Below, one piece after another: positions 13,055 through 28,441 of a stretch of DNA of 64,000 bases. The stretch comes from Neocallimastix sp. 'constans'. Its lineage: Eukaryota. The notes beneath the pieces were generated by a model. The model saw nothing but the letters and a program-made list of their open reading frames with translations. It was not told where the DNA came from and searched no databases. Each line of letters begins with the position of its first letter. The stretch's first letter is position 1. The DNA is taken from assembly GCA_050613775.1 (NCBI GenBank), contig JBODTK010000001.1, positions 124,001 through 188,000 of the forward strand, written 5' to 3'. The position numbers and the translations under genes are program-made.

Positions 13055-15809
13055 AATTTTCTTTATATATCAACCGATGATACTTTTAGATTTGATTTTA
13101 ATTAGTATATTTAAACTTTAATAAATAATAAATTTAAAATAATATAGAAAATAAATAAAAAAAAAAAGTTTTGGTTGATATAATAATTAAAGAAGAAATA
13201 ATGAATTTATAATTTGTATGGAATACGTAGTAGAGAATGTAATCAATTGATTCTGTTATATGGATACATATAAAATAACATATAAAATAATATACTCTTT
13301 TATTAAGCAAATCAATCATAAGAATTTAAAAAAAACTGTCTCAATAGATTAAAGAATAAATCCTTTTCTATTTCCATTATATCTATAGAGTATAATTTAA
13401 TATATTGAATATAATATAAATATATTATATTTCAATTATTTCTAATATATCAATATTGTAATATAAGAAAAAATTTTAAATCAATTAAAATTAATAAATT
13501 AAATAATTAAATGAATAAATTAAATAAATTAAATAATTAAATGAATAAATGAAATAAATAAATAGTATTAAGATGAAGATTTTAAAAATATTTATATATA
13601 TAATTACTATTCAATTATTCTTTATGGTTCAATTCTTATTTTAAATATTTATATATAATTATTTTAATTATTATTTGTTATTCAATTTGAGATAAAATTT
13701 TTTTTCTTATTGTAGGAAATAAAAAGAGAATAAGGATTAATAAATTTAAATTATCAATGATGGCTTAAATTAATTTGAATTCTCAAAAGTAGACTGACAT
13801 CCTCATCTTCATCACTTTTTTTATAATGATTATAATTTTTTTTTTTGAATTTAAATAATGGTCATTTTTAAATAATATAAAAAAAACATATATATATATA
13901 CATATATATTTTCATTGATTTATTAAATATATATTTATTTATTTATTATTTATTTATTTATTTATTAAATATTTATTTATTTATTAAATATTTATTTATT
14001 TATTTATCTATTAATTAATTAATTATTTATTAAATTTTATTTATTAAATATTTATTAATTATTTATTTAGTTTTATTGAAACTTTAATTTTATTTGTTAT
14101 ATATTAGAATATATATTAATAAATAAATTAATATATATTAATTTTTTTACCAAACCTATAAAATCTAAAAATTTTTAAATATAAAAAAAATATAAAAAAA
14201 GAAAAAAAAATTTTTTTTTTTAAATTAAATTAAAATTAATCTAATTTTATAATTTTCAAGGTTTTTCTCTTTTTTCCTTTTTTTTTTTAATTCGAAATTG
14301 AAACAAATTATATTGCCAAATATAATTTACAACATATTATCATATATTATAAATTAATATTCTATTTATTCTAATTAAATTGGAAAAAAACTTTAATTTA
14401 ATTAAATAGATTAAAAATAAAGTCTCAAATACATTCTAAAAATGGTATAAAATGATTTGACATAAAAATATGTAAAAAATACATAAAAATGAAATAAAAT
14501 GTAAAAAAAAAATTTTAAAATATTAAAAAAAAAAAAAAATTAATAGAAACATTTTTTATGAAAAGATCTTCCTCTATTTGTAACAAAATAAATAAGAAAT
14601 AAATAAGAAGATAAATAAATATTAAAAGAAATAAATAAGTAAATATTTATAAATAAATAAGTAAAATAGAAATAAATAAATAAATTACAGGAGTAGGATA
14701 TAAAACAAACAAAAAAAAAAAAAACAAAGCCCATTTCATTTTTTTTTCATTTTAATTAGACTTTATTCAATATATTATATGTTAACAATATAATATATTA
14801 TAAGATATATTATTATTACAGCTGTATATAATGTAACATTTATATAAATATAATAAAACTAAGCTTATTACCTTATAATTATTAAATAGTTAATCATATT
14901 TTTATACTTTATATAATACTTTAAAATTTATAATTATTAGTAGGTATTAATATATATTGATATTTATTAATATTCGTAATCTGTGTTCTTTATTACATAT
15001 GTTTTTTTATGTATTCTTTACTAGGTCTGCTTTAATTTTAAATATTTTATTATGTATTCTTTGTTATGTACAATTTATTATTTATGTCTTATTATGGATT
15101 GCCTTTAAACTATCTTATTATAAATATTTTATTATACTATAGATATACAAGAGATATATATTATTATATATATATAAATTTTTCTTATTCATTATATAAA
15201 AACAACAATTTTTTTTTTTTTTTTATAATTCTTATTTCTTTTAATTTTTTTATGTCAATTTTATTATTTTTCATGTCACTTTTATACATTATATATTTAT
15301 ATATATTTATATATATATTTTTATAAATATATCTCATTAATTTTTATTTACAAAATAAATTAAATCTGGCTCATCATCTGATTAGATAAAATTTAATTTA
15401 CTGAAAATATATGTACTTTTTGAAACCAAACCTTTAACTATTCTATCTATTATCATTATCATTATTATTGCTATTAAAGTAATCAATTATTATTAGTAAT
15501 CTTTTATTAGTAATGTTATTATTATTAGTAAAGTAATCTTTTATTATTTTGTATTATTATTAGTACTATTATTATCATTTATTTATTATTTTTATCACAA
15601 TTTTTTTTTCACCATTTAAATATAATCTTTATATTTATTATTATTATTTTTTTTAAACACAAATACCCAAATGAAATCATGTAATATGAAATATAAATAT
15701 TAATGTTTATTAATATTTATTAATATTTATTAATATTTATTAATATTTATTTATTATTTATATACATATATATATATATATTTTACCAAGGTAGATTCGA
15801 TTTTAAGGA

Positions 15810-15850
<41 letters not shown>

Positions 15851-16279
15851 CTATAATTTATGATTTATAATTTTATTTCCTCAATAAATATAAAAATATT
15901 GAAAAATAAAATGAATGAAATGAGAATGGCCTATACAAACAACGATAAATATATATATATGAAATAAAAAAATTTAAAAAATATATAAATTATAAGAATT
16001 GTATATAGATATTTATGAAATTTATAAATATAGAATATAATAATAATAATAATAAATTTATAACATAAAAAAAAATAAAGTATTATTATTTTTTTTATAA
16101 GTATTTAAATGTATTTATTACAAAAATTACAAAAAGAGTGAAAAGTATTATTTCATATTATTTAATCCTAATAATTAATAATTAATAGTTAATAGTTAAT
16201 AATTAATATTAAATTATTTGTTGAATATAATAATTATAATAATAATAAAAAAAATCATAATAAAGAAAAAATCCATGTG

Positions 16280-16312
<33 letters not shown>

Positions 16313-16679
16313 GTTAAAACTTTAAATTAATTAATATAATAAATTTCCCCATTTTTATTAATGTAAAAAAAAAAAAAAAAAAAAAATTGACTGAAAGATA
16401 AGAAAAAAAATTTTTTATATAATTTCCTAAAAGAAAGGCCATGTGGTTTAAAAAAAAAAAAAAAAGTCTGTTCATCCCTTTAACATTTAATATGTAATTA
16501 TCAATAATTTATTCAATAATTTATATAATTAAATACATATATATATATATATATTTTTTTTTAGTTTTTTTTTAATCATCTTTTCTTTAGAATAAAAATC
16601 ATCATTTTTTATGAATTAATAAAAAAAAAAATCTTAATTCTTATTCTAATATTTATTATTCTATATTATTATAAACTTT

Positions 16680-17240
16680 ATTATTTAATTATTCAATTAT
16701 TTATTATTTATTATTTATTATTTATTATTAGATTATTTAATAATTCAATTATTTATTATTTATTATTTATTATTTATTATTTATTATTTATTATTTATTA
16801 TTTATTATTTATTATTTATTATTTATTATTTATTATTTATTTATTTATTATTATTTATTTATTATTTATTATTTATTATTTATTATTTATTATTTAATTA
16901 TTTATTATTTATTATTTATTATTTATTATTTATTATTTATTATTTAATTATTTATTATTTATTATTTATTATTTATTATTTAATTATTTATTATTTATTA
17001 TTTATTTATTATTTAATTATTTATTATTTATATTTATTATTTATTATTTAATTATTTATTATTTATTATTTATTATTTATTATTTATTATTTATTATTTA
17101 TTTATTATTTGTTTATTTATTATTTATTATTTATTATTTATTAATAAATAATCTTTTTTTTTATTTATTATTAATTATTAATTATTCATTATTAATTATT
17201 AATTATTCATTATTACTATTATTAATTATTATTAATTTAT
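16680..17240. repeat. (TTATTTA)n heptamer satellite array
   Basis: Long run of ttattta units. Confidence 0.9.
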
Positions 17241-19449
17241 TATTTAATTAATACTAAACATGTATCATAAATATATAATATATATATTGTTAAATATTAA
17301 CTAATGGTAATTGTATTTCAAACATTTTTTTTTTATTTTCTATTCTTTTTAATCTATCTATATAAAAAAAAAGTTTCATATTATTTATTTCTAATTTACT
17401 ATTTATATAAATATGAATAATATAATTTTATTCTATTTCCTTATTTATTTATGTAACACCTAAATAATCAATAATAAAAATAAACACCTAAATAAATTAA
17501 TAATAAATATTAAATTTAATAGTAAATATGAAAAAGATTATTTTAAATAAATTTAACTATTAATAAGTATTAAAAAAAAAAAATCATAAATAATAATTAT
17601 TGATGAATTAATAAAAACTATTGAATAATAAATATTTAATATTCCCTAATTAGCCATTTAACAATTAATTATCAATTAAATAATAGTTAACTGGATAAGA
17701 TATAATGAATAGTCTTATTGAGTAAGTCAATTAAGTTCATTAGTTGAATAGGATAAGATAATCACTTTTTTTTTTAAAAAAATTAATTTATTAATTAAAA
17801 GAAGACTCATTAAATAGAACCGATTTATTGGTAGTTTTTAATATTATAATCATTATTACTATTAATTTTTTTTTTATATATTTTTTTGTAATTTCAATAA
17901 CTATAAGGTAAAAAGAAAAATATTAAAAATTTTAATAAAAAAAAAATTATATAATATTTTTAAAGAAAATAAAACAAAAATAAAAAATTATATCGTATAT
18001 ATTATATACATATAAAAGTTTTTTTATTTTATTTTTAATTTGATGAAAAAAAAAAAAAAAGTTTAGTTCGTGATGAATACATCTTCACATAACACCTACT
18101 AAAACTAATATTTATACTTTCTTTTTTTTTTTTTTTTTTTTCTTACTTAATTTAACCTTAAAATAAAATTATAAAACAATTTTTTTTACTGTATAAACAA
18201 TATTAACTTACAATTCAATTCATAATAATGAATAAATTAAATAAATAAAGAAAATAATTATATATTATGGATAATATACGTTTAAGATATATATATAAAT
18301 AATACAACATCAATAGATGTTCCATGTGATAAAATAAAGTAAAATATAAAAAGTAGAATAATAATAAAATATAAATACACAATAGTAAAAAAAAAAAAAA
18401 ATTAAAAGGATAATAATGATAAAATATATTTATACTATACTTTGTTAATATATACATACTATACTATACTATAGAGTAAAATATAAATAAAAGCAATAAT
18501 AAAATAAAATAGTAATAGTATATAAAATTAATCATCCTTCAATATAATCAAAGTAAAAAAAATGTCATGGATAAAAAGACAAATAGAAATAGACAACAAA
18601 ATAAAAAAAAAAAAGACTAAATAATAAAAAAAAAAAAAAGACAAGTAGAAATAAAATAAATTTAAAAGAAAGGACAAAAAAAAAATAAATAAAAAAGAAA
18701 AGGAAAAGAAAAGGAAAAATAAATAATTAAAACTTAAAAAATAAAAAAAAATAAAAAAAATAAAAAAAAAAAGATTTAAATTTAATTAAAAATAAAATTT
18801 TAAGTTTAATTTAATTTAATTAAATTTAATTTAAATAAATCTAAGGTTAAATTTTTCTTTGTTGCTTATTTTTTAAAAATCCGAAATTTGAAAAAGTGAA
18901 AAATGAAAAAAAAAAAAAAAAAAAAGAAAAAAGAAAAGAAAAAGAAAGAAAAGATTTAATAAAGAAAAATGGAAAAAAAAATAAATAAAAAAGTTTTTAA
19001 ATAAAAATGAAAATTATATATATATATTTATATTTTTTTTTAATTTTTATTATTATATAGTGTTTAAAAATTTAATTGAAAGAATAAAAAAAAAAAAAAA
19101 GAAAAAGAAAAAAAAAAGGAAAAATGAAAAAATAACTTTTTTGACTTTCTTTCAAATATATATATTTATATTTTTTACTCTTTAGTCCTTTTATACTTCA
19201 GTCTAAATAAATATTATTTATATTATTTATATGATTTATACTATTTATATTATTTCAATGTTATATATTATATTTTTTAATTAATAAATCAAATAATAAA
19301 AAATTTTTTATTGATGTTTTAAAAACAGAAAAAAAAAATAATTATTATGATAAGGAAAAATTTTAAATATAGTAAAATTTAAATAAGGTTAAAATTAAAA
19401 ATGAAAAATTAATCCTATCATCAATGAAATTTATTTTAATAAATGATAG

Positions 19450-20720
19450 CTTTTTATTATTATTTATTATTATAAATACAATCTTTATTATTACTTTATT
19501 ATTATTATTTAATTATTTATTATTTATTTTTATTATTTATTATTTATTATTTAATTATTTATTATTTATTTTTATTATTTATTTATTATTTATTATTTAA
19601 TTATTTATTATTTATTTTTATTATTTATTTATTCAATTATTTATTATTTATTATTTATTATTTATTATTTATTAATAAATACTCTTTTTATTATTTATTA
19701 TTTATTATTTATTAATAAATACTCTTTTTTATTATTATTTATTATTTATTATTATTATAAATACAATCTTTATTATTATTTTTATTTATTATTATTATTT
19801 ATTATTTATTATTTATTATTTATTATTTATTATTTATTATTTATTATTTATTATTTATTATTCAATTATTTATTATTTATTATTTATTATTTATTATTTA
19901 TTATTTATTATTTATTATTTATTATTTATTATTTATTATTTATTATTTATTATTTATTATTTATTATTCCATTATTTATTATTTATTATTTATTATTTAT
20001 TATAATGGTTTAAATTTAAATTCAAATAATTAATATACAAATAAATAATAAATAAATAAATAAAAAGTATATTCTTTAAATCTTTTTTCCTTTTTTCTCT
20101 TCTAATTAATTAATTAATAATTTATATAGAAAAATACTTAAAATATATATTAATAAAAATATATAAAAATACTTAATGTATAAAAATTCTAAATAAAAAT
20201 AAAAAATAGATAAATAGATAAAAATGAAATTTATCTGAAATTGCAAATGAAATCCATATTAACTCTTTATGACTTAATAATTATCCTATAATTTTTCTTT
20301 ATACTAAAAAAAAGGTAAAAAAAAAATTTTTTTAATATATTATTTTTACTATTTTTTTATTGGTTACTAATTATTCAATTATTTATTATTTATTATTTAT
20401 TATTTATTAGTAAATACTCTTTTTATTATTTATTATTTATTATTTATTAATAAATCTTTTTATTATTATTTATTATTTATTAATAAATACTCTTTTTATT
20501 ATTTATTATTTGTTATTTATTAATAAATACTCTTTTATTTATTAAATTATTTATTTATTATTTATTATTTATTATTTATTATTTATTATGTATTATTTAT
20601 TATGTATTATTTATTATGTATTATTTATTATTTATTATTTAATATTTATTATGTATTATTTATTATGTATTATTTATTATTTATTATTTAATATTTATTA
20701 TTCAATTATTTATTATTTAT
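19450..20720. repeat. (TTATTTA)n arrays with interspersed taataaatactctttt units
   Basis: Two blocks, ~19450-20000 and ~20370-20720. Confidence 0.85.
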
Positions 20721-22309
20721 TATCAATTTGTCATACATGGGTGATTTTCATCTTCCCATATAGGAAATTGGTTGTTCGCTTGCCATGGTTAAGTGTTCCT
20801 ATTGCTAGATTATCTAATTACTAGTGCAGAGTGTACTTGATCTGTGAAAGGATTAGTGTAATTGTTCCTCCCTCGATTCGAAGAAATCACTGAAAAGAAG
20901 CCCGTCGTATAGGAAATGTCTTTCATATTAGCTTTGCATAGAGAGAAGGTCGCCGAACCAGTACAGCGAAGAATCCAATGAGAGTCTAATACATTTAAAT
21001 TTATTTAATCATATATATATGTATTTATTCGTATTAAAAAAAAAATGGAACAAAAACACAATTAACTCATTTTATTAAGGATTAATATAATTTAACCTAC
21101 ATTCTAATTAATATCTTCAACAATAAAAAGATAATAATTAGATAGACTAATTTAATTTTTTAACTATAGTATTTTAATTATAATAACTTAACTATCATTT
21201 TAACTAATTATATGTTTATTATGGATAATTTCAATCGAATTAATTAATAAATACTTTTATTTTTTTTTTTTATTGATTAATGAAAATAATTAAGATTTAC
21301 CAAAGAAATATAAATTTTTTTTTCGGTTTGAGAAAACTTTATTGGTATAATATCTATATAATTTTATATAAAGTTAAAATAAAAATGACCATTTAAAAAA
21401 ATTAATAAAAATAAAAATAAATATAAATTTGTTAATTTAAATTAAAAAAAAAAAAAAAAAGGTATCTTATATGATTTTTAAAAGTCACTTATCACTTATT
21501 AGCAATTATTTAAACAGGAATATATATATGATTAATACTTGAAATATTGACATTTAATTATGATGATACCATTTCAAAATAGATAATTAATATTTTTATA
21601 ATTCTTTATTTTTTAATAGACTAATTTATACAAATTATTTATTTATTTATTTATTTTATGCTAGTAATTTATTTAATATCGCATTTATATATTCATTGAA
21701 TAATCACTTATTTTATTGGTTTTAGATTTTATTGGATGAATTCAAATCGACAGATAAATCTTTTTTTTAACAAAAATTTTTTTTTCAACTATTCATCTAT
21801 TCATTTATTTTTTACTAATAATATATTTAAATTATTATTTATATATTCATTGAATAAATTTTCATGTTATTGGTTTTAAATTCTATTGGATGAAATTCAA
21901 GACAGATTTTTTAAAAAATAAAAAAAAAATTATTTGTATCTAATTTATTTAATTTATCCATTTATTATTTAATTTATTTAATTATTTATTTAATTATTTA
22001 TTTATTATTCAATTATTTATTTGATTTATCTATTTATTTTCATACTTTTTATTTTGTTAATTGTTAAACTTTTATTTTTTTCTACTTTCGAAAACTTTCA
22101 CCAATAAAATCATTAGAGGATGAAGGTGAACAATGGGGAAAGTTAAATTTTTTTTTTTTGTTTTTTTTTTTTTGTTTTTTGTTTTTTTGTTTTTTGTTTT
22201 TTAAAGATTTTCAAAAAAAAAAATTAAACTATGTTAGTTTATATATTATTTAATAATAATATATAATAATAAATAGTAGTAGTAATATATTAATAACACA
22301 TTAAAATAA

Positions 22310-23870
22310 TTATAAATAATTAAATAATAAATAATTGAATAATAAATAATAAATAATAAAAAAGAGTATTTATTAATAAATAAGTGAATAATAAATAATA
22401 AATAATAAATAATAAATAATAAATAATAAATAATAAATAATGAATAATAAATAATAAATAATAAATAATAAATAATAAATAATAAATAATAAATAATAAA
22501 TAATAATAAATAATAAATAATAATAAATAATAAATAATAAATATAAATAATAAATAATAAATAATAAATAATAAATAATAAATAATAAATAATAAATAAT
22601 AAATAATAAATAATAAATAATAAATAATAAATAATAAATAATAAATATAAATAATAAATAATAAATAATAAATAATAAATATAAATAATAAATAATAAAT
22701 AATAAATAAATAAAGAGTATTAATAAATAATTAAATAATAATAAATAATAAAATAATAAATAATAAATAATAAATAATAAATAATAAATAATAAATAATA
22801 AATAATAAATAATAAATAATAAATAATAAATAATAAATAAAGAGTATTAATAAATAATTAAATAATAATAAATAATAAATAATAAATAATAAATAATAAA
22901 TAATAAATAATAAATAATAAATAATAAAATAATAAATAATAAATAATAAATAATAAATAATAAATAATTAAATAATAAATAATAAATAATAAATAATAAA
23001 TAATAAATAATTAAATAATGAATAATAAATAATAAATAATAAATAATAAATAATAAATAAAGAGTATTAATAAATAATTAAATAATAATAAATAATAAAT
23101 AATAAATAATAAATAATAAATAATAAATAATAAAATAATAAATAATAAATAATAAATAATAAATAATAAATAATAAATAATTAAATAATAAATAATAAAT
23201 AATAAATAATAAATAATAAATAATAAATAATAAATAATAAATAATAAATAATAAATAACAAATAATTAAATAATTAAATTATAAATAATAAATAATAAAG
23301 AATAAATAATAAAGAATAAATCATAAATAATAAATCATAAATAATAAATCATAAATAATAAATAATAATTAAATTATAAATAATAAATAATAAATAATAA
23401 ATAAAGAGTATTAATAAATAATTAAATAATAATAAATAATAAATAATAAATAATAAATAATAAATAATAAATAATAAATAATAAATAATAAATAATAAAT
23501 AATAAATAATAAATAATAAATAATAAATAATAAATAATAAATAATTAAATAATAAATAATTAAATAATAAATAATAAATAATAAATAATAAATAATAAAT
23601 AATAAATAATAAATAATTAAATAATAAATAATAAATAATAAATAATAAATAAAGAGTATTAATAAATAATTAAATAATAATAAATAATAAATAATAAATA
23701 ATAAATAATAAAATAATAAATAATAAATAATAAATAATAAATAATAAATAATAATAAATAATTGAATAATAAATAATAAATAATAAATAATTAAATTATA
23801 AATAATAAATAATAAATAATAAATTGATATCAATAATATCAATAATATCAATAATATAAATAATTAATAA
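22310..23870. repeat. (TAAATAA)n satellite in the opposite orientation, with higher-order aaagagtattaataaataatt units
   Basis: ~1.5 kb of taaataa units; the aagagtatt marker recurs near 22362, 22713, 22840, 23060, 23404 and 23652. Confidence 0.9.
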
Positions 23871-24139
23871 AAAAAAATATATATATATATATAAATTATT
23901 ATCATTAAAAATTTATTTTCTTATTTTCTTATTCTTTTCATTTTCATTTTCATTTTTGGACAAGCCCAAATTTAAAAAAAAAAAAATTCTTTTTAAATAA
24001 TAATAAGGATAAAAAATAATATAAAAATTAAATAAAATAAAAAAAATTATAATTTTTTTTTTTTTTTTACTATGTCATTGGTTTTTATTTTTATTTTAAT
24101 TTTAATATTTATTATTTAATTCTTAATATATAATACTTA

Positions 24140-24590
24140 ATATTTATTATTTATTATTTATTATTTATTATTTATTATTTATTATTTATTATTTATTATT
24201 TATTATTTATTATTTATTATTTATTAATAAATACTCTTTTTTTTATTATTTATTATTTATTATTCACTTATTTATTAATAAATACTCTTTTTTATTATTT
24301 ATTATTTATTATTTATTATTTATTATTTATTATTTATTATTATTTATTATTTAATTATTTATTATTTATTATTTATTATTCAATTATTTATTATTTAATT
24401 ATTTATTATTTATTATTTGTTATTTAATTATTTAATTATTTATTATTTATTATTTATTATTTATTATTTATTATTTATTATTTATTATTTATTATTTATT
24501 ATTCCATTATTTATTATTTATTATTTATTATTTATTATTTATTTATTATTTATTATTTATTTATTTTTTATTTATTATTTATTATTTATT
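24140..24590. repeat. (TTATTTA)n satellite block, inverted counterpart of 22320-22420
   Basis: Contains attcacttatttattaataaatactctttttt, the reverse complement of 22359-22390. Confidence 0.85.
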
Positions 24591-25171
24591 AGAATCAAAA
24601 ATTTACTTTATATGGAAAATTTACCTTTTATGGAAATACTATTAATAAAACATTTTTATAAAAAATAAAAAAAAGGAATTTTAAATATATATTAATATAT
24701 ATAATTAATATATATGTTTTATTTATATTATATATATTTATAGCTTTATATTTATTCAATATTTTATATTTATCTTATATATTCTATATTCTATATTTAT
24801 TCAATATTTTAAATTTATTCTATATTTTAAATTTATTCTATATTTTAAATTTATTCTATATTTTAAATTTATTCTATATTTTAAATTTATTCTATATTAT
24901 ATATTTATTTAAAAAAATAGAATAGATAAAACAAAACCATCTATAATTTTTATAAACTATATTAATATCCAAATTTTTTATTAAAACAAAAACATCCATT
25001 GACGATTATAAAATTATCATTCTTTAAATTTTTTTTTTTATATGATTAATAATAATTAATTATTAATAATAAAAAATTTTTTTTCTTATTATTAAAAATT
25101 TATTTTTTATTAATTTACCCGAATTTTCATATTTCCGATTTATTTAAAAATACATTTTATTCATTTAATTA

Positions 25172-25206
<35 letters not shown>

Positions 25207-25971
25207 TTAATTTATTAAATATTATAAATATTATAAATATTATAAATTATTAATAATTAAATAGACTTTATATTAAAAAATTAAACTTTTTAAACTATTA
25301 AATTTAATTTCTGACATATAATAATTTTTCAATATAACCAAACTTATCAAAGCGATCCATTTTTTTTTTTAAAATTGATTTAATTAAATTAATATGGAAG
25401 ATAATTTTAATTCAAAACATATTAAAAAATATAAATTAATATATGATACTATTTTATTCTTTTTTTTATTTTTTAATATTATGAATACTATTATTAATAT
25501 ATTTTTTAAACTATAAAATAAATTAAAATTTAATTTATTAATTGAACTTTAAAATGTTTATTTTTTTTTTTTCCATTTTTTTTGAAATTTGACACCAGCT
25601 AAAAAATAAAAATGAGATGAATACGCCACATTCCTAAAATAAATAAATTTTTGAAAAAAAAAATTTTTTTTTTCTTTTCTTTTATTTTTTGTCAATTTTG
25701 TCTTTCGCTCTCTTCTTTCTTCTTTAATTTTTTTTGTCAATTTTGTCTTATCTCTTTATATTCTTCTTTATTCTTTCTCTTTTCTTTTTTTTTCTTTTCT
25801 TTTCTTTTCTCTCTTCTATCTCTTTTCTTTCTTCTCTACATGTATAATATATATCAAATTAATAAAAAAATTTTTTTTTTCAAAAATTTTTAAAAATTTA
25901 AAAAACCTTAAAAAAAATAAAGAATTTTTTTTTTTTATTTTGTAAAGAATTTGGTTAGCCGAATGAAAATT

Positions 25972-26005
<34 letters not shown>

Positions 26006-26006
26006 C

Positions 26007-26037
<31 letters not shown>

Positions 26038-26518
26038 TTGTAAATTAGAATTTATTTCTGAATCTTTTAAAACTTCTTTAAAGAAAATGAAAATAAGAAT
26101 TCATTATAAATTAAAAATTTAAAAAAAAAAAAATTTTTTTTTTCAAATAAATAAAATAAATAAATAAATAATAAAAATTTGAAATTTATTTTTTTTTTAA
26201 CTATTAAAAAATTATTTTTAGATAATTCAGATAAAGTTAAAGCCACGTTTTATACTCTAATTTTTTGTGTCATATAGGTCATGATATATATTTAAACTAA
26301 ATAAATAAATAGAAAATAAATAATTAGCAAATAAGTTAATAGAAGTAAGTAAATAGATAGATAAATAAGTAAATAAATATATAATTATAAATAAATAAAT
26401 AAATAAATAAATTGTAATAAAAAAAACTATTATAAAACAATTATTAATATTATTGATTAATAATATTATTATTTTTTATTTTTTATTTTTAAGAGTATTT
26501 TCAATAATATACAATTTC

Positions 26519-28114
26519 TTTTTTTTTTTTTTTTTATTTTTATTTAATGAGAAGATGTTTTTTTTAGGTCTTTTTTACTTGAAATTTAAGTTTACGATAT
26601 TTAACAATGAGTGATTCCAGATACAACAACTGTAGATGAGTACATGACAGCCGGACTCCGTTTCAGAATACTGCTATGAATTTTTCTAAGGTATCTCTCA
26701 CACATTTAATGCCGAGATTAACTAGGATGGGACTTACGTATGGGTCAAGTACTCTTTAATAGCTTGGTTCTTCTATCTGAAAAGATGATATCGTTGACCA
26801 TTCTCAAAGATAGTACATAAAAAGATGCTCACTTTACCACTTTAACATGCCTTTACGGGGTAAGTCTTGCTAAATTAACCTTGTCTTTATAATGGAATCA
26901 TGTCAACCCCGAAAAGGATTAAGGTAATACAGTGTAGTTAATTATTAATTATTTTTAATTATCAATTTTCCTACGTAGATGGGAAGAGTTCAGAGGTTTT
27001 TATTTCCCTCTTTACTAATTATTTCCAACTTAAAAAAATATATATATATCATGAATAGAGAAATAGTAATAAAAAATAAATTAATAAAAATAATAATGAT
27101 AACGATAATAAAATAAAAATAAAAATAGTAATAAAAAAAAAAAAATACATAAATTTTTCATAATTTAAAAATTCTATTTATTAAAAATTTTTAAACAGGA
27201 AAAATATAATAGAAGAAGAGAGCAAACAGGAGAAAGGACTTCCTCATTTATGTATTCATAATAAGTTACCTATACTTTAACTTTAATGGCCTTATCGATT
27301 TTATCGTTGACTCTCCTAATACATTAAAAATCTAAAAGAAATTAAAAAAAAAAATAATAATAAAAAAATAAAAAAAAAATAATTAAAAAATTAATAACAA
27401 AAAAATAATAATTAAAAAAATTAATAATAAAAAATGTGTAAAAATAGTTAGTAACAATGAAATAAAAGATGTAATTTTTTTTTTTTTTTTTTTTTTTTTT
27501 GTATTTAATTTTAATGTTTTTTAATATAAAAATTAAAACGCATTTACAATAAGATAGCATTTAGAAAATCAACATTCTAATGGAGGATGACTATTTTCTT
27601 TATAACAACAAAGACATCGTTCTGGACAGTCATCTTCAACCCTATTGGCAGTCTTTAGTAACACGAACATCGAAATTTATATTCACATCTGGCACAAAGT
27701 ACCCATCGGGAAACCAGTGCTTATATTCAGGATACTTAAAGTTTGAGTTTTAATTTTTTTTTTTTTTTTTCTTTTTTGAGGTAGTGACTCTATAGTTTTC
27801 TCGAAATACATTTATCTAATAAGCCTATACCTTGATTGATTTTTCCTATCCTATCCTCTATCCCAGTAAAAGTTTACAAATTACTTACAAATTGCTTTTT
27901 TTTTTTTTTTTTTGGAAATTTAACTATTTTTGTCCGCTAAAATTTTTTTTACTCTTATTTATCCTATGTATGACGTCTACAACTTGATATATCTCTTAGT
28001 AAAAACAAGAGATATTACAATTCTAGCTTTTTTTTTTTTTTTTTTTTCATTTTTCAAAAACACCTTACCTGAACAATCTCCCATTTCGCCGAAAAGAGGA
28101 GAGGAGAAAAAGTT

Positions 28115-28161
<47 letters not shown>

Positions 28162-28399
28162 ATACAACACAATAATAAAGAAATGTAAAGCTATTCCCAT
28201 TAGAAAAAAATTCTTTCAATTCCAGTATAATCCTGTATTATTAACTAGTGTCTTGGCACTTCTCTTTTCTTTCTTTAACTTGACCTAAGTAGAGGTGCAT
28301 CATACGAAACTTTCTCAATTACTATAGCAGAAAATAATTATTCGTTTATAAGGGATAGGAATATGAGGATTCTTAAGAAATCCTTGTATAGAATAAAGT

Positions 28400-28441
<42 letters not shown>

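Noticed and set aside
21680..21910. ~75-bp imperfect direct repeat
   Set aside because: Looks like an ordinary local duplication with no element hallmarks.
25550..25965. Promoter or 5' UTR-like pyrimidine-rich tract with a duplicated tttttgtcaattttgtct
   Set aside because: No adjacent gene could be identified, so a regulatory call cannot be supported.
26620..26680. TVDEYM resembling a piggyBac DDE motif
   Set aside because: No downstream piggyBac motifs, TTAA target sites or TIRs found.
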